From Isurus oxyrinchus (lineage: Eukaryota), in NCBI GenBank assembly GCA_026770705.1, contig JANJGN010000008.1, positions 155,434,001-155,498,000 on the forward strand: a stretch of 64,000 bases of DNA, given 5' to 3'. The translations under genes were made by a program, and so were the position numbers. Below are positions 61,401 to 64,000 of the stretch, piece after piece (positions within the stretch are counted from its first letter, which is position 1; each line of letters begins with the position of its first letter). The notes under the pieces were generated by a model, which searched no databases, was not told the origin of the DNA, and worked only from the letters and a program-made list of their open reading frames with translations.

Positions 61401-61739
61401 GGGGGGGGGGGGGGGGGTTGCTGAAGTTTTGAATAGGCTGACGATGTGCCTCACACGTGGTTCATAATCTTATCTCCCCTCATCTCCAGCAGAGAGAGAG
61501 AGAGGGAGGGAGGGTGCAGAGAGAGAAAGAGAGAGAGAGAGAGAGAAAATGTCTTTACTCCTTTGAGACAGGGGCAGGCTGAGTTTACCTGTCTGGGCTG
61601 TCTCTGCGTTTATTAAGGCAGAGCAGGGAGATGTGGATTGTGGAGCTGTGTGCGGTGGATCTCCCAACAGGTGCACAGGGTATAAAGCTGTTGGGACGTC
61701 TTGCTCCCCTCCCTCGCTCCAGAATGAAGTAACTCTGTC

Positions 61740-61840
61740 CTATAACCAGCCTCTACTCAGACGTCAGAAGGTCATTAATAACCAATTAGGGGGTCATTGA
61801 GGCGGCTATAAAGAGGGCTGAGAGATTTGTTTTCTGGACT
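61740..61840 (+). promoter_or_regulatory. PRDM12: PRDM12 proximal promoter candidate
   Basis: CRE-like GACGTCA 61760-61766, ATTAAT and CCAATTA homeodomain/CCAAT motifs 61774-61788, TATAAAG from 61807, about 300 nt upstream of the ATG. A second TATAAAG lies at 61681. Confidence 0.6.
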
Positions 61841-62103
61841 GCAGGAGATACACCATAGTTGTCTCTCTCTCTCTCTTCCTTCCCCTCTGCCTCCACCTCC
61901 ACCTCCACAGCATCTCTGCTCTGCCTTCGCCTCTCTCCCCGCCGTTTGCACCCACTGGCCCTGGGGACAGTGTGTCCCCCTCTTCAGCCCTCCCACACCC
62001 CCAGCCTCCCTACCCAAACCCCCTCCCCCCTCCTCCTCCCCCCCCCCCATACACTTCCCCCCCCCCCCACCCTCCTCCCCCTCTCCCCCTTTTTCCACAG
62101 ACC

Positions 62104-62323
62104 ATGGGCTCTGTCCTACCCTCCGAAACCCTGGCTCTCAAAGCCGGCTTTAAGCCTCACGGCTTCTCGCTGGCGGACATCATCACTTCCGACATCCTGC
62201 ACAGCTTTCTCTACGGCAGATGGAGGAACGTCCTAGGAGAGCAACTTTTCGAAGACAAAACGAGCAGCGGCGGCCAGAAAATCGCCTTCACCGCGGAAGC
62301 ACTGGCACAGTCCTTCACCGGAG
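62104..62323 (+). CDS. PRDM12: PRDM12 (PR/SET domain 12) first coding exon; gene continues beyond the window
   Basis: Kozak accATGg and GGAG|gtgagt donor. [52 protein letters not shown]...[13 protein letters not shown] is the PRDM12 N-terminus. FUBP3-PRDM12 synteny agrees. Confidence 0.98.
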
Positions 62324-62999
62324 GTGAGTGGGTACAACCTGAACACCACCCCCCTCCCCCCCACCCCCCAACTCCCCATCCGGGGCAACTCAAAGAGGGG
62401 AGTGAGGAGGAGGGAGGAAGGAAGGAAGGAGGGAGGGAGGGAGGGAGGGAGGGGAATCAGAAATTCTGCTCCAAACTCTCACTGATTAATAGACAGTCAG
62501 AGCTCAAGGTGGAGAACTGGGCAGATTTTAAGAGGGGATCCCGCCAGTGAAACACATTTTTTTTTTTGGTTTCATTTCAAATACTTTGGGGGAGATTTGG
62601 AATTTGTTTTGATCGTCAAGCGTTTTGCAACAATTATTTCGATGTTTTTTTTTTAGTTTTGCTTAAGGGTCTCTCTCAGATCTCTGACCATTTTATCTTC
62701 AAACGAGTTTTGGACGAGCCCTTGCGAGGCAGAGGTGTGTGTGTGTGTGTGTGTGTGGGTGGGGGGGTGGGGGGGGGGGTGCAGTGTTTAAATGGGGAAG
62801 TTACATTCTGTACAGGATTTGAGAGAAGGTTTGAAACGCATCCGTTCAAGATTTCGATCGAAAAATGAAATCGGGCGCTGGTTATTTGATGTCTGAACTA
62901 TTGGCGAATATTCTGTGCTATCCCTGATATGGGAGGTGCGGGTTAGAGAACTAGAGAACTTTAAAAAAATATATATATATACATATTATAGAATCGGAT

Positions 63000-63110
63000 G
63001 ACATAAGGGGGCCATTCGGCCCATTGTGCCAGAGCTGGCTCTTTACAAGGAGCTGTCCAATTGGTTCCCAAACCCCTGCTCTATTCCTCGTTGCCCGGCT
63101 AACCTCGTCT
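63000..63110 (-). mobile_element. Short antisense CR1 tail in PRDM12 intron 1 (related pieces near 14170-14250, 26590-26630, 35950-36045)
   Basis: ggccattcggcccattgtgcc...gctggctcttt...gagctgtccaatt motif shared among these copies. Confidence 0.55.
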
Positions 63111-63604
63111 TGTTGAAGAAGGATCCCATTTCTCTTTGAGGGGCGATTGGTTCCTTCTTGAGTCGATTATCAGTCGGACGGATCGGATTCCCAGTGGACT
63201 CACCCCGAGTGGGTGCGGAGAAATGGAGGGTTGGAAAGGCTTTTTTTGAACATTTTAAAACCAGGATTGAGACTGCGGCGGCGGGGTGGTGGGGGGGTGG
63301 TTGGGGTGGGGGGGGGGAGGTGGTGGGGGGGTTGGTGTTGGGTGCGGAAAGCGGGTGAACTGAGAGTCTGACTCTCAGTGGGAAGATGAGTGCGAGTTGC
63401 ACAGACTATCAGCCGAGGTCTGAGGGGTTTTTAATCTCACCCCCTCCGCTCCCCATCCTCCCTCCCGCTCTGTGTTTCGCTTAAGGTTCTTTATTTACAC
63501 GTGTTAATACGAATTTAATGGGTAATTGTGCGCGGTTTTTTGGGGAACGGGAGCTTTTATTACAAATTCATCTGGCAACTCGGATTTCGAAACGGAATGA
63601 ACCA

Positions 63605-63719
63605 TGATTATAACGCTGATTATTATCCTGATTATTATCCTGATTATAACGCTGATATAACCCCGATTATATCCCTGATTCAATCCCGATTATAACCTTT
63701 ATATAACGCTGATATAACC
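63605..63719. repeat. 11-12 bp minisatellite, ~10 units, consensus TGATTATAACSC
   Basis: tgattataacgc tgattattatcc tgattattatcc tgattataacgc tgatataaccc cgattatatccc ... Confidence 0.9.
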
Positions 63720-64000
63720 AGTCAAGTCTCTGCAGAGAGAGGGGGGGTAGGGAGAGGGCAAAGTTCTTGGCCAACGAATGTGTCTTTAAACCAGCTCTCC
63801 CGCATTAAGCCCGTTTCACTCGGTGTTGAGTTACTGCTCCTCCCTCTTCCTTAATCCCTGTTGTGCTCAGGACCCTAATCCGGCCCGATCCAGTATGTAC
63901 AGGGTTTTCGTTTTGCGTGTTAAACAAAATGCCAGCAAACCGTGTGAAATTACCGTGTAAAGATGAAATCCAATCTGCAATTACCTCTTTATTTTAATTT

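Larger units (their letters stand above)
56500..64000. promoter_or_regulatory. CpG-enriched domain around the PRDM12 5' end
   Basis: Visible rise in CpG dinucleotides and few transposon relics compared with the CpG-depleted first 56 kb (judged by eye, not computed). Confidence 0.65.

Noticed and set aside
61972-62103. Poly-Pro N-terminal extension of PRDM12 in ORF 61972..62550
   Set aside because: It starts at a non-ATG codon in a C-rich tract. Homology begins at the Kozak ATG 62104, and the part after 62323 is intron.
176-63402. Most 60-190 aa ORFs in the supplied track
   Set aside because: They have no recognisable domains and arise from introns, microsatellites and poly-G/C tracts. Only those overlapping FUBP3 or PRDM12 exons or LINE relics carry signal.
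63605-63719. CRISPR-like array
   Set aside because: Tandem 11-12 bp units without unique spacers, in vertebrate DNA.

Overview
Vertebrate genomic DNA, very likely from a cartilaginous fish (shark/ray) judging by its SINE and LINE families. On the + strand it holds the 3' part of FUBP3 (far upstream element-binding protein 3). I traced 11 coding exons by hand from 1343 to the TAA at 40723; all introns are GT-AG, the total is 1101 nt in one frame, and a ~1.7 kb 3'UTR follows. After ~20 kb of repeat-rich intergenic DNA come the CpG-rich upstream region and first coding exon (62104-62323) of PRDM12, the same gene order as human 9q34. Non-coding DNA is full of decayed CR1 and L2 LINEs, DeuSINE (SacSINE1/AmnSINE1-like) and LF-SINE-like SINEs, short Penelope-type termini, microsatellites and several enhancer-like blocks. 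Most ORFs in the supplied track are spurious. No wholly new gene system can be demonstrated from sequence alone. The best leads are: hammerhead-ribozyme relics in Penelope-type insertions; an extra Tyr-motif FUBP3 exon that human FUBP3 appears to lack; a candidate LF-SINE-derived poison exon; a three-way-junction RNA fold in the FUBP3 3'UTR; and candidate upstream exons that splice in frame into PRDM12. Repeat family names and human comparisons are from memory, and repeat boundaries are approximate.
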